From Squalus acanthias (Eukaryota), in NCBI GenBank assembly GCA_030390025.1, contig CM059433.1, positions 19,780,001 to 19,844,000 on the forward strand: a stretch of 64,000 bases of DNA, given 5' to 3'. The position numbers were made by a program, and so were the translations under genes. Shown one piece after another: positions 1-12,994 of the stretch; position 1 is the first letter of the stretch, and every line of letters starts with the position of its first letter. The notes under the pieces were generated by a model. The model ran no database searches and was not told where the DNA came from. It saw nothing but the letters and a program-made list of their open reading frames with translations.

Positions 1-1294
1 AGATAACTAACCTGTAACCTGATGCCAATTTATTGTTATATAAATCATTTGGTACCATGGATTCTTCGCCACAAGGTTGAAAGCACACAAAACAACAGTA
101 TAACACTTTCACCACTAACAGAGAGTAGAGACTTTTATCCCATTAACCTGGCCTAGATTTGAACCCATGTTTCCAAGATATTCTAACTCACTGCAGCAGC
201 AAGGGCCCGGAATACTGGAAGTTCTGCTCCATTGGCACACGTGCAGTGGAGCAGAATTCCCGTCCAGTCATGCTGATGGTCATCTCAAATTGTGGAAACA
301 GAGTCATGAGCATGGTCATGGTGGGCAGTTGGTGCCTGTAAGGGTGTATCAGTGGCACCCACCCCAATCTACTGGCAGGAAGGTGGATCAGGCTGTAGCT
401 ACTCTACTCATTCTTCAGCTCCTAAGGAAGCCACACAGCAATTAGAAAAGGTAATCAATCCTCACTGGGACCAATTTCCAAAGACTGGGCAATGTCTTGG
501 GCTTTTTCAAAGGCCTCAATGGAATGAGAGTTCTGTGGAAGCCTTCTAAAGGTGTAACGGGAGGAATTCCTGGGGTAGCCCAGCAACACCCTCCCCCAGA
601 CACACCCCCTTGATGCAGTGGGGTCAAGGCAGAAGACTCGCCCTCTGCCCCTCCCCACCAGAATTGAAATGGCATTTTGGATAGGGTGGAGTCCTGGTGG
701 AAATTCCTGGCTTCCCCCCAGATGAAAATTTCCTTTTCTGCCCTCCGCTAACTTAGGAATTTCAGTATCAGGTCTCCCTGGGTTGAATTCTTACCATTGG
801 GCCTGCCTTGCCCAAGTAGTTGCACTGACCATCTTTTGCTTTGTGCCAAAGGAAATGAAAAATAATTGGATGGTGTGATGAGCATATTACTTGAGCTATA
901 CTCCTACTTGTGTCCTAGAAAAGAGGCGAGCAACGCGCTTGCTCACCGCTGACCCACATCCAAATGCAGTTTAAATTTAAATTTTCAATTGATTTTTTAA
1001 ACCATAGATGACAGGTTTATCTTTTAAACTTAGCTTTGCACAAAATTGCCACAGGTGCAAAGTCTAAGTGGTGTGAGACTACTTGGAGCTGGTTTCACAC
1101 ATTGTACCTAAATGTCCTTCCGGTGAGATTGCTGCTGAATTAAACTTCACAGTTTGCGTCAATAGAAAGCTATCCATGTAGTATCAACACAAACTGTGCA
1201 GCCTAACTAGCAGCACAGACGGTTTGTTTCTCATTAATTCTTTTCTACAGGCTTCTAGCAACCTCAATATCAATGAGACCTTAAGGTATACACA

Positions 1295-1680
1295 GAATCA
1301 TGGACTGATACAGCACAGAAGGAGGCCATTCGGCCCATTATACCTCTGCTGGCTCTTTGAAAGAGCTATCCAATTAGTCCCACTCCCCTGCCCTTTCCCC
1401 ATAACCCTTCAATTATTTATCCAATTCCCTTTTGAAAGTTACTATTGAATCTGCTTCCACCACCCTTTCAGGCATTGCATTCCAGATCATAACAACTTGC
1501 TGTGTAAAAAAATTCTCCTCATGTCGCCTCTGGTTCTTTTGCCAATTACCTTAAATCTGTGACCTCTGGTTACCGACCCTCCTACCGCTGGAAATAGTTT
1601 CTCCTTATTTACTCTATCAAAGCCCTTCATGATTTTGAACACCTCTATTGAATCTCCCCTTAACCTTCTCTGCTCCAAGG
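1295..1680 (-). mobile_element. CR1-clade LINE, 3' fragment
   Basis: ORF 1487..1678(-) reads EQRRLRGDSIEVFKIMKGFD...TRGHRFK, the CR1 ORF2 C-terminus; 3' UTR hairpin gggccgaatggcc on the minus strand. Confidence 0.9.
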
Positions 1681-2854
1681 ACGTGGTCAGGAACCCACTG
1701 TCATCTCGCTCCCACGTGCCTTTCCCTCAGGCGCATCTGTTATCACAGAGCCGACCCGACCGGCAGTGGCGGGCGACCCAATTGATATCATTACCAGGTA
1801 GTTTACAGGCATCTAAGAGGCTTTTCCCACTTACTTTTTAAATTTCCCTGCATGGCCACGGGATTCACGGAGCTTGGGAACCATGTCTGTCAATCTGATG
1901 CGGAGGTTCCATGTCCATTGCTCCAGCTGATTACTTGACAGCATCAAATGTACGGTAAAAGCTCCCACCTGACAGATGTTCACTTTCCTCAGGCAGAAGC
2001 TGTTTCTCAGTCCATTTCCAGCACAGATTCTGCAGGCTGCAAGTGTTTCCAGCAAAGTCTCCATCCAGTCTCACCTCATTGGAAGAACTCTCTCACCAGC
2101 TTCTGTCATCTGTACTTCACCTGCCATCTACTCCATCACCATGGGTGCTGTTTATACTGTCTCACCTTGGTCCTCAGAATCCCTCCACGATGAGCCCCAA
2201 CATCAGCAGCACCAGGCACACCAGCAGCACCAACAACAACACCAACCATCTCCGCAATCACCTGATGCTGCACAGGACACAGGGCATCAGCACCTGAGCA
2301 CATTGCTGCCCTGGAAGCCTCATCATGGCCAGATTTAGTTAATTTTACACTGTACACCCATATGGCTGCCACATAATGTGCCAGATTGGCACCACCCCAC
2401 ACCAACACCATAAAGCATCCCTACAATGCCCAAGCCATTCCTTTCACACTCACCACCATTGCGGGGTGTACTGTTATGTCTCACCATTCACTGCAACCCA
2501 CTAAACCACTTCCAAAGGTGCATACAAATCTGTTCAAGACCGAAAGTGTTGAAAATAAAGATTTTTATGTTTGACACCACATTAACAGAAACTTTACATA
2601 AACATTGGATAAAACACCCAAGTGCCTACCCTTGTGTGCTGTTAGTTGGTATGATTGCACTAGGATGAGGGTGAGTGTGAGGGGTGGCTAGTGAGATGGG
2701 GATGTGATAATGTAGATAGAGAGAGAGGGATGGGTGGAGGTGCAAGGTATGTTGGTGTGAGTAAGGATGTGCAGGAGTAGGGTAGGGAAGACAGAGTGAT
2801 GGGGATGTGATGAGAGGCACAGCAGGATGCAGTTGCATGTGGCTTTGTACTAAC

Positions 2855-3090
2855 GTTTCCTGATCTAATGGGATCATTAAAACGTTTGCGCCACTGCACC
2901 CAGGTCCTCCTGACCACATCCCAGCTTGTGACCTCCTTAGCAATCTGTAACCAGGCTGTCTTGATCTCCTCGGGAGGTCTCTTCCGCCCATGGGAAGGGA
3001 AGAGGACCTCCCTGCGTGCTCTGACTCCATAAGCATATGGAAGGAGTCATCGGAGAACCTGGGTACAGCCCTGTGCCTTTGTGCAGTCAT
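2855..3090 (-). pseudogene. Harbinger Myb/SANT DNA-binding protein exon 1, frameshifted
   Basis: MTAQRHRAVPRFSDDS... in one frame and RRTWVQWRKRFNDPIRSGN in another; GT donor at 2853-2854; 236 nt versus 240 nt for the intact homolog at 30665-30904. Confidence 0.8.
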
Positions 3091-3216
3091 TGTCAGTGTT
3101 TGCAGCACTCCAATGCTGTGGTGCACTGACAGCACTATGTTAGATTAAACTTCAAATCTAATGTGGCCATGGTCCCTTTTAAAGATCCCGGCTGAAAATG
3201 CGTCATGAATGATGTC

Positions 3217-3665
3217 ATAGAAACATAGAAGATAGGAGCAGGAGTAGGCCATTCGGCCCCTCGAGCCTGCTCCGCCATTCAATGCGATCATGGCTGATCG
3301 TCCAAATTCAGTACCCTGTCCCTGCTTTCTCCCCATATCCCTTGATCCCCTTAGCCTTAAGAAATATATCTAACTCCTTCTTGAATATATTTAATGAATT
3401 GGACTCAACTGTCTTCTGTGGTAGAGAATTCCACAGGTTCACCACTCTCTGGGTGAAGAAATTCCTCCTCATCTCAGTCCTAAATGGCTTACCCCTTATC
3501 CTTAGACTGTGACCTCTGGTTCTGGACTCCCCGCCATCGGGAACATCCTTCCTGCATCTAGTCTGTCTAGTCCTGTTAGAATTTTATAAGTTTCAATGAG
3601 ATCCCCTCTCATTCTTCTAAACTCTAGCGAATACAAGCCCAATCGACCCAATCTCTCTTCATACG
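3217..3665 (-). mobile_element. CR1 LINE 3' fragment inserted in Harbinger element
   Basis: Typical CR1 3' UTR and tail (catagaaacatagaa on +) plus antisense of the ORF2 C-terminus. Confidence 0.9.
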
Positions 3666-4404
3666 TCACCAGACCCGCTCTATCTCATTGGGCCAGGTAA
3701 CGCGCTGGGCGGGCTTAATAGGCCCCATTAAGGTAAGTTCATTTGTACAGCGGGATGGAGCCAGCAGCAGGGTCGCGACCCGCCATGGACACCGCCCGCA
3801 CCAGACCCGCCCAGGTTGGCGAAATTCCGGCCAAGGTGTCCAATAAGGTAGAGTAGCACAGCACTTTCTCTTTTTAGGTGAAGTCCTCAGAGAATTTCCA
3901 GAATAAATGTTGATGGAGTGTTGGTGAGGTCTTGACAAAAGTGTCCCAGAAAGTCTTCTGATGTGTTTCAAAAGTCCTCTTCAAACCTCCAGCAGCAAGT
4001 GAACAGTAAAAGGTGATAGACCTTTAAGTCACATTCAAAATCCTCTGCAACAACTAGTTTACTCCCAATCAGCTGGTCGCTGTTTGGAGAGAGCGTTAGG
4101 TCAAGTGTTAGCCACCAAAATGCTGTGCATTTTCTTTAATAAGCGCTATCAGGAATGTTACGCTGCTTAACGATCCTACGGGCGGCTGTTCCAAGTGCAA
4201 GATTCAACTCCTTTACCAAGATGACTTCTTGTGCTAAACACGGCTAAACTGGCGTCTCAGCTTAAGACCCCACCTTGGCCACCTCAGAGGCTCTTTAGTG
4301 CCTAAAGTATCCAGGGAAAATCACCCCCAAGGATTAAAATTTTCAGCAGGTTAACTGTTTTATTTCACAGTCATATTACATAAATTCAAATGCACATTAA
4401 CAAG

Positions 4405-4545
4405 AGGGGAGATTTTCCTGGATTGACGCCCAAACACACCGGATCACCTGGACATGTGCCTTTCGTAAAATTGGGCAGGTCAGAGTACATCCTTGTAAAG
4501 GACCCTGCCTGATTTTCGATTTGAATACCCAGGAAAATCTCCCCT
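4405..4545. mobile_element. Small foldback MITE with Harbinger-like TIR
   Basis: Perfect 17-bp TIR aggggagattttcctgg (4405-4421) / ccaggaaaatctcccct (4529-4545); internal imperfect inverted repeat. Confidence 0.7.
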
Positions 4546-4954
4546 GAAGTGTCTTTGATGATCTCAGATCAATCTTTATAGCTGGGGGCTAAATCTGCAG
4601 CTGGAAGAATGCCCCATACAAACGAAATGGAGATTTACTGGCAGTTGAACCTACTTACAAATGATAGTGTTTCTTTGCCCATTTCTACTGGCTTAGCATC
4701 TTAACTTCTGTCATTCAGCACAAGATAAAAAGAAGCACACAATCACTTCAGCTTACAGCAGTTAAAATCAAGGTCACAATGTCACTTTCTGCCCTCACAA
4801 CAACCCTAATTGTCAATTCTTCACTTGTCTGCTTAATCTGTTCCAGGGGAATATTCATTTGGCATCCTGCTTGAAAACATTTGCCTTAATAGTTTTCAAT
4901 GAAGCTTACTTGTGGGTAAATATTTTGCTTAAAAAAATTAATTACTCTTCGATA

Positions 4955-5365
4955 TAAAAACATAAAATGCTGGGAATACTCAGCAGGTCAGGCAGCATCC
5001 GTGGAGAAAGAAACAGAGTTAATGCTTCAGGTCAATGTCCCTTCGTCAGAACTGGAAAAATTTAGAGATGTAACAGATTTTTAAGCAAGTGCAGGGGCAG
5101 GGAAAGCGGGGAGAGGAGGAAAGAACAAAAGGGAAGGTCTGGGATAGGATGGAAGGCAGGAGAGATTAAATGACAAAAGGGATGATAGTGCGAGGCAAAA
5201 GGAGATGGTAATGGGGCAAGTTAAGAAACAAAAGATGAGTAGATGAGGTGTAAATGGGAATGGCAGAATCATCAACAGCTGCCATGTGGAAAAAAATAGG
5301 GGCAGAGGTTATGGTCTGAAATTGCTGAACTCAGTGTTGAGTCCAGAAGGCTGTAAAGTGCCAAC
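4955..5365 (-). mobile_element. Penelope-like element family B, 3' fragment with degenerate hammerhead
   Basis: Minus strand encodes GTLQPSGLNTEFSNFRP* (GIY-YIG domain C-terminus); agttCTGACGAagggacattgacctGAAGcattaact at 5017-5053(-) with the GAAA core mutated. Confidence 0.8.
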
Positions 5366-5419
5366 TCTTTGTTTGATTCAAGGTTAATGTCCCATAACCA
5401 ATATCATGAGTGATCATGA

Positions 5420-6375
5420 TTGTACTAGTAATTCAGAGGCTCAGACTAATAATCCAGAGAATGTGAGTTCAAATCCCATAGATGGCAGTTTGAGAACTCA
5501 GTTTAAAAAATCTGGAGATAAAAAGCTGGTATCGGTAAAAGTGAACATGAAGTTGTTGGATTGTCGTAAAAACCCAACTGGTTCCCTAATGTCTTTTAGG
5601 GAAAGAAACTGGCCGTTCTTACCCAGCATGTGACCCTTTATGTGACTCCAGTCCCACACCAATGTGGTTGATTCTTAACAACCCACTGAAGTGGCCTAAA
5701 ATGAGAAGTCGCACAACACCAGGTTATAGTCCAACAGTTTTATTTGAAATTACGAGCAGGTACAGTGAGGGAATACAAATCAGTTACCAAGTATATATAG
5801 ACAGAGAACAATGTGTCTGCAGAGATACAATCCGTCAGGGAGGCATTACATCAAAGACACAGCAGAGTACAGCTAAGACAATGAGGTGGGGCCACAGGGG
5901 GTCCAACGTGTCAAATGCTGCAGTCTGCAGTTAAGCTTTTTACTTTTTTTTAAAAACTGGAAATCACATCTGTGAATCGGACAATGACGTCGAGTCACGT
6001 CCTGTAGTGTGACATGAAACCGAGATCCCGGTTGAGGCCGTCCTCATGGGTGCGGAACTTGGCTATCAGTTTCTGCTCGATGATTTTGCGTTGTTGTGTG
6101 TCTCGAAGGCCGCCTTGGAGAACGCTAACCCGCAGATCCGAGGCTGAATGTCCTTGACTGCTGAAGTGTTCCCCGACTGGGAGGTAACAATCCTGCCTGG
6201 CGATTGTTGTGCGGTGTCCGTTCATACGTTGTCTCAGTGTCTGCATGGTCTCGCCGATGTACCATGCTACCTCGCATGTACCTAGCAAGCCATTCAATTG
6301 AATCCAGGACAACTCGGGTTGGACATTAAATGCTAGCCATGCCAGTGACACCCACGTCCTGAGAATGAACTAAAA
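5420..6375 (+). mobile_element. SINE-like element split by a Penelope insertion
   Basis: B-box-like gagttcaaatccc near 5465; ...gaagtggccta resumes as cctagcaagcc at 6281; 3' tail resembles the end of the LINE at 24745-25680. Confidence 0.65.
5699..6280 (-). mobile_element. Penelope-like element family A, 5'-truncated, with GIY-YIG endonuclease C-terminus
   Basis: YIGETMQTLRQRMNGHR...VGEHF...EQKLIAKFRTHEDGLNRD in ORF 5995..6351(-); terminal repeat 5699-5755 matches the arms of the palindromes at 18147 and 40968; ccta repeated at both junctions. Confidence 0.9.
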
Positions 6376-6914
6376 AATACTTTGGCCAATCAATATCCAT
6401 CTACAATAATGCTCAGTTCACACTACTCAAGCAGGTGAATTAGCATATAACCTGCTTAAGTGACCAATATTTTGATCACCCAGCAGTGAAGTGTGCAAAA
6501 CATGGTCAAAGTGGCACAATGAAGATACTGTGAAACCTGTTTCACAGATTGAGACATGGAGCTCCCTTTAGGGAGCCTCCCAGAAATGTACGATAGCCTG
6601 ATCTGACTCCAGGAGGTCGCCCTGTTCAGACCCAACCCAACCAGACCAAATTCCCAGCAGCACACACACACACACAAATTACTGACCTTGCAGGTGCTGA
6701 GTCTGACATTCTTAGTATGGAGAAGAATGACATATATGGGTCAGAAAGTATAAGAGCTAGTTTTAAAATGATATGAAATAAATAAATGAAATACGTACAT
6801 CCTGAAATGAATGTCTGACTTGTTAGCAGTAATTCATTTCAGCGCGTGATTCACCAGTTGGATTCAGGTCAGGTCAGAACTGAAAGAAGGAGTAGAATTG
6901 TACAGGGTCAGGAC

Positions 6915-7270
6915 TACCATATCCTTTAATACCCTTACCTAAGCAATATCTATCAATCTCAGTTTTGAAATTTTCAGTTGACCTTGCCTCAACAGCTTTT
7001 CGGGGGAGAGAGTTCCAGAGTTGAGTTAATAAGGGGTAATTAAGACTTCAGCTTTTCATGATCTGAAATAAACTCCCCCAAAAAGCTATGGTTGCTGGGT
7101 CAGTTGAAATTTTCAAGACTGTGATCGGTAGATTTTTATTAGGTAAGGGTATCAAGGGATATGATCAAAGGCGAATAAATGGAGTTTAGGTGCAGTTCAG
7201 TCATGATCTAATTAAATGGCAGAAAGGCTGGAGAAGCTGAATGGCCGCCTCCTGTTCCTATGTTTCTATG
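6915..7270. mobile_element. Degenerate CR1 3' fragments in opposite orientations
   Basis: About 6915-7020 is antisense and about 7020-7270 is sense CR1 3'-end sequence. Confidence 0.6.
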
Positions 7271-7859
7271 AAATGCAGCTGTATCCTCTGCATTGCCTAT
7301 ACATTTCCAACAAATTGTTGATAATTTTAAGGTAGATTTTTAAGATATGTCCTTTGCATAAATATACAGATACAAAATCAATATTGATTTTTTGGTAATT
7401 AACTGCAGATTATATTCTGAATTTGCAGTGGTTTTGTCACAATTATTACTCCTTCAGTGAAGACTGTATCATTCATCGGCTACATGGAGCATTTTTGTTA
7501 TCAATGTCTGCCATGAGGCTTGGCCCTTATCCCAAAAAAAGCGAACCTGAAGAAATAGGATTTCCGTTACCACCCCCATAGTAACAAAAATATAATGGAT
7601 AGTGATTTCCAGTTGATGGTTATAAACCAGTCAAGCTTCCCTCTAATATTTGGCATCCTCTGACCCACCTTCATTGAGATTACTGCCAGATAGTCTGAAA
7701 TGCATGGAAAAGTGGAAATCCAGCAGACTGGGAGAGCTATAAAAAGCACTAATGGAATACCAAGAAAGTAATAAAAAGGTTTAAAAAGTGAATAGGACAA
7801 AAAAACTTGGAAAGGATATCAAAATTAACAGCAATTCAAGCCCCACGCCAGATACATGC

Positions 7860-8025
7860 ACATAATCCAGACTAATATTTCAGTTCAGTACCAAGGGAGT
7901 AATGCTTTGTTGAAGGTACTGTTTTTTAGATGAGGCATTAAACTGAGGCATCATCTGCTCTCTCAGGTGGACGCAAAAAATCCCATGGCACTATTCAAAG
8001 AAGCGCAGGTGATTTCTCCCAGTCT
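7860..8025 (+). mobile_element. DeuSINE (SacSINE1-like) fragment
   Basis: Degenerate match to the central domain of the SINE at 11325-11780. Confidence 0.65.
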
Positions 8026-8029
8026 CTGA

Positions 8030-9310
8030 GATTTAATATAAGTAAAAAAAGATAATGGAGAAAATAATGGGACTCAAGATAGCCAAATGATTTCCACCCC
8101 AGAGTTTTGAAAGAAATAGGTGAGGAAATTGCAGATGCATTAGTGATAATTTACCATAGCTCTCTACATTCAGGAATTGTGCCTTTGGATTGGAAAATTT
8201 AAATGCCACTTCATTATTTAAGAATTGGGGGATAGGGGGCAGGGTGGGGTGGGGGACCTGATAACAACAGAACTGTTAGTTTAATATCGGTTGTGGGGAT
8301 GTTACTGGAATCTAACATCAAAGACAGAGCGACTGAGCACTTGGACAAGTATGAGTTGATCAAACAGAGTCAGCATGGATTTGAATAATTATGTCTGAAT
8401 AATCTAGTTGAATTTTTCAGAAGGTTACTGACATGGTGGATAGAGGAGTGTCTATGGATGTTGAATTTATGGACCTCCAGAAGGCATTTAATAAGGTTCC
8501 ACACATGAGATTATTAGTAAAAATGAAAGCACATGGGAGGTAAATTTGTGACATGGGTTGGTGCTTGATTGGGAGGTAGGAGACAGAGTAGGGATAAAGG
8601 GAACGTTGTCTGATTGGCTGGATATGTTCCCCAGGGATCTGCTTTTCACCATATATGTTAATGACTTGGATGAAGGAATAGAGAGTTGTGTATCCAAATT
8701 TGTAGATGACACTAAATTAGGAGGCACAGTAAGTTCCATAGATGGGAGCAGAAAGTTCCAAAGGGGCAGTGACAGACTAAGTGAGTGACTAAAACTGTGG
8801 CAGATGGAGTTCAATGTGGGGAAATGTGAGGTCATCCACTTTGGATCCATGAAAGACAAATAAGAATGTTTCTTAGTAGTGAGAGACAAGGGGCTGTGGA
8901 GGAGAAAAGGGTTTTAGGTATCCAAGTACACAAATCACTAAAAGCTAGTGCACAGGTACAAAAAGTAATCAGAAAGGCTAATGGAATGTTGGCCTTTATC
9001 TCCAAGGGGGTTGGATTACAAAAGTGACAAAGTGATGCTGCTGTTGTACAGAGCCTTGGTCAGACACTATCTGGGGTACTGCATTCAGTTTTGGGCAACG
9101 CACCTCAGGAAATATATATTGGCCTTGGAAGGGTAAAGCACAGATTCACCAGAATTATACCAGGGCTTAAAAGGTTAAATTATGAAGACAGGTTGCATAA
9201 ATCTGGCTGTATTCCCTTGAGTTTAGAAGGTTGATGGGTGATCTAATCGAGGTATTTAAAATGATAAAAGTAAATGCGGTTGAGGTACAGATCAGCCATG
9301 ATGTAATTGA
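8030..9310 (+). mobile_element. Old degenerate CR1 LINE (RT region)
   Basis: LFTIYVNDLDEG...KFVDDTKLGG; many stops and deletions. Confidence 0.85.
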
Positions 9311-9316
9311 AAGGGG

Positions 9317-11030
9317 CTTCACGGAAGAAAGTTCCCGGAAATAGTGGAGAGCCAAGGGTCTAGTGAGAATGAGGAACCGAAAGAAATTAGTATTAGTAAA
9401 AAAAATAGTACTGGAGAAATTAATGGGACTGAAAGCTGATAAATCCCCTGGACCTGATTACCTACATCCTAGGGTTTTGAAAGAGGTGGCTATAGAGATA
9501 GTGGATGCATTGGTTATCATTTTCCAAAATTCCATAGAATCGAGAACGGTTCCCGCAGATTGGAAGGTAGCAAATGTAATCCCACTATTTAAGAAAAGAG
9601 GGAGAGAGAAAACGGGGAACTACAGACCAGTTAGCATGACATCAGTAGTAGGGAAAATGCTAGAATCTATTATTAAGGACGTGGTAACAGGGCACTTAGA
9701 AAATAATAATAGGATTGGGCAGAGTCAACACGAATTCATGAAAGGGAAATCGTATTTGACGAATCTGTTACAGTTTTCTGAGGTTGTAACTAGCAGAATA
9801 GATAAGGGGGAACCAGTGGATGTGGTGCATTTGGATTTTCAGAAGGCATTCGACAAGGTGCCACACAAGAGGTTATTAAACAAAATTAGGGTTCATGGGA
9901 TTGGGGGTAATATACTAGCATGGATTGAGGTTTGGTTAACGGACAGAAAACAGAGAGTAGGAATAAACGGGTCATTTTCAGGTTGGCAGGCTGTAACTAG
10001 TGGGGTACCGCAAGGATCAGTGCTTGGGCCTCAGCTATTCACAATCTATATCAATGATTTGGATGAGGGGACCAAATGTATTATATCCAAGTTTGCTGAT
10101 GATACAAAGCTGGGTGGGAATGTAAGTTGTGAGGAGGATGCAAGGAGGCTCCAAGGGGATATAGACAGGCTAAGTGAGTGGGCAAGAACATAGCAAATGG
10201 AATATAATGTGCAGAAATGTGAAGTTATCCACTTTGGTAGGAAAAGTAGAAAAGCAGAGTATTTTTTAAATGGTGAGAGATTGGGAAATGTTGGTGTTCA
10301 AAGGGACCTGGATGTCCTTGTACACGATTCAGTGAAAGTTAACATGCAGGTACAGCAAGCAATTAGGAAAGCAAATGGTATGTTGGCCTTTATTACAAGA
10401 GGATTTGAGTATAAGAGTATAAGAGTAAAGACGTCTTACTGCAATTATATAGGGCCCTGGTGAGACCACACCTGGAGTATTGTGTACAGTTTTGGTCTCC
10501 TTATCTAAGGAAGGGTCTACTTGCCATTGAGGGAGTGCAAAGAAGGTTCTCCAGACTGATTCCAGGGATTGGGGGATTGTCCTATGAGGAGAGATTGAGT
10601 AGACTAGGCCTATATTCTCTAGAGTTTAGAAGAATGAGAGGTGATCTCATTGAAACATACAACATTCTTACAGGGTTTGACAGGGTAGATGCAGGGAGGA
10701 TGTTTCCCCTGGCTGGGGAGTCTAGAACCAGGGGTCACAGTCTCAGAATAAGGGGTCGGCCATTTAGGACTGAGATGAGGTGAAATTTGTTCACTCAGAG
10801 GGTGCTGAATTTTTGGAATTCTCTACCTCGGAGGGCTGTGGAGGCTCAGTCGTTGAGTATATTCAAGACAGAGATCGACAGATTTTTGAATATTAAGGGA
10901 ATCAAGGGATATGGGGATAGTGCAGGAAAGTGGAGATGAGGTAGAAGATCAGCCATGATCTTATTGAATGGTGGAGCAGGCTCGAGGGGCTAAATGGCCT
11001 ACTCCTGCTCCTATTTCTTATGTTTTTATG
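9317..11030 (+). mobile_element. CR1 LINE, 5'-truncated; RT pseudogene plus 3' UTR
   Basis: ORFs 9363..10193, 10197..10463, 10460..10783: [39 protein letters not shown]; an 8-bp tandem duplication near 10407-10425 causes a frameshift. Confidence 0.95.
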
Positions 11031-11324
11031 GAAGGCCCTACTCTTTTCCTATGCCCCCAAATTCACTTAGATATCCATTATATTTTGTGACATGAATTGG
11101 CCGCATTACGTTTTTTTAATTATCAAGAAGCTTAGGCTATGGGACACCATAGTTGTAAAGAGTAAGATAGAAGACTAGGTAAATGAATAAGCACTGGTTA
11201 GATGGCGCTAAGCTTGGGTTTTAATATTTAAATGACTCCATGGCCTTAGTCCTGCTTACCTCAGTGATTTCCTTGATGGCCCTGCTCACAGCTTTTGCTC
11301 CTCTGACACTTATCTACTCTTCAC

Positions 11325-11780
11325 CTTTGGCTCAGTGGGTAGCACTCTCGCCTCTGAGTCAGAAGGTTGTGGGTTGAAGTCCCACTCCAGAGACTTGTGC
11401 ACAAAATCTAGGCTGACGCTCCAGTGCAGTGCCGAGGGAGTGCTGCACTGTTGGAGGTGCCGTTTTTCAGATGAGATGTTAAACCGAGGCCCCTGCTCCT
11501 TCAAGTGGACATAAAAGATCCCACGGCACTATTTTGAAGAAGAGCAGGGGAGTTATCCCCAGTGTCCTGGCCAATATTTATCCCTCAATCAACATCTAAA
11601 AACTGATTATCTGGTCATTATCACATTGCTGTCTGTGGGAGTTTGCTGTGCACAAATTGGCTGCTGTGTTTCCTACATTACAACAGTGACTGCACTTCAA
11701 AAAGTACTTCATTGGCTATGAAGCGCTTTGGGATGTCTGGTGGTCATGGAAGGCGCTACATAAATGCAAGTCTTTCTTTT
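11325..11780 (+). mobile_element. tRNA-derived DeuSINE (SacSINE1-like), near full length
   Basis: A box tggctcagtgg, B-box-like ggttgaagtccc, central domain (gatgagatgttaaaccgaggccc...aaagatccc), L2-like 3' tail. Confidence 0.85.
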
Positions 11781-11979
11781 TCATTTCTTGTCTTTTTTGC
11801 TCTTTTAGTTACTTTGTCTCACCCTCTGAAACTCTCTCCCAGCAACCTTTTGCTCCCTCCCTGCTTTCAAAAGCCTTTTCTTTTCAACTCCTGTTCCTGC
11901 TATTCCCCTTTAAATCCATACTAACTGGTTTTCTTTATACTCAATATCCATTTTCATGTATGTGATCTATAAAGCACTC

Positions 11980-12190
11980 TGAAAGTTAACATGCAGGTAC
12001 AGCAAGCAATTAGGAAAGCAAATGGTATGTTGTCCTTTATTACGAGAGGATTGAGTATAAGAGTAAAGACGTCTTACTGCAGGAAAGTGGCGATGAGGTA
12101 GAAGATCAGCCATGATCTTATTGAATGGCGGAGCAGACTCGAGGGGCCGAATGGCCGACTCCTGCTCCTATTTCTTATGTTCTTATGTGG
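11980..12190 (+). mobile_element. CR1 3' fragment with an internal deletion
   Basis: Matches 10335-10443, then jumps at tgca microhomology to sequence matching 10921-11030. Confidence 0.85.
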
Positions 12191-12994
12191 AGTTTCACAA
12201 GGGTCAATACTTGGAATCCTATTGCTACTAATCAACATAAACATCCCAGATAATGAAACTAATCTCCAATTCAGTTGGAGCACTTATTTTACATCATGCT
12301 AATTGATAAAGCAGTTATAACCAGTTGTTCATCTATTCTGTTCCATTCTTTCATGGGAGCAATTTATTTACCTGTCAGCTTTTCACTGGACAGGATTCAG
12401 TATGATATTAAAACAGAAAATGGACTTGGCACATTAACTTTCTCCTTCAAAAGATAGCTGACCTTCTGGACATTTTTTGCAGTTTCTGTTCTTTATTTCA
12501 GATGTTCAGCATTCACAGTTTCCCCCATTTTTTTAATCAGGGCTGTATAATGTTGTAAATGAATAATGAGTAGTTTTGGAATGCCCTGGTTCGAGTGGTA
12601 CATGCTTCATGTACAGATATTTAATTTTACATTTGGTACATGTGATTGCAATTGCTTCTGATTAAATAGTGAACATTGAGTTTGGTAGGATACAATAATA
12701 TACATATATTTATAAAACTATGTATCATATATATAAATCTTAATTAACATCTTGCATCTGTGAGCACTGTTGTCATGTTTTAGTCATACTTTTTTGTGTC
12801 AACTATTTCCATGATAAATTTCCCTGTCTATATTTAATATGAATTTTGCTTGTCACTCTACTGGATCCCAAAAATCACTCAAAACACTTTCTGAATTTTT
12901 TTTCATTTGACATTTTCTTCTCAGTAACTAAAATTTCCAATGTCCAAGATAAAGGTTTAATCAATATTTAAAAAAAAATCAAAAAATGCATATT

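Larger units (their letters stand above)
1690..3832. mobile_element. Non-autonomous PIF/Harbinger derivative; left end not found, interrupted by CR1
   Basis: Right TIR-like end gaaattccggcc at 3821-3832; Q/H-rich transposase 5' stub on + from ATG 2141; convergent Myb/SANT exon on -; shares tcattgtcagtg..tgcagcac with element 54050-54898. Confidence 0.75.

Noticed and set aside
1976..2338. Q/H-rich 120-aa ORF as a host gene (also 28486..28797)
   Set aside because: Sits where the transposase N-terminus belongs inside Harbinger derivatives and has no downstream catalytic domain
11327..11390. tRNA gene
   Set aside because: A/B boxes continue directly into a SINE body present many times in the window
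12400..12520. Further PLE family B terminal remnants (also about 21570-21650 and 48545-48620)
   Set aside because: Too degraded; no hammerhead core or boundaries can be supported
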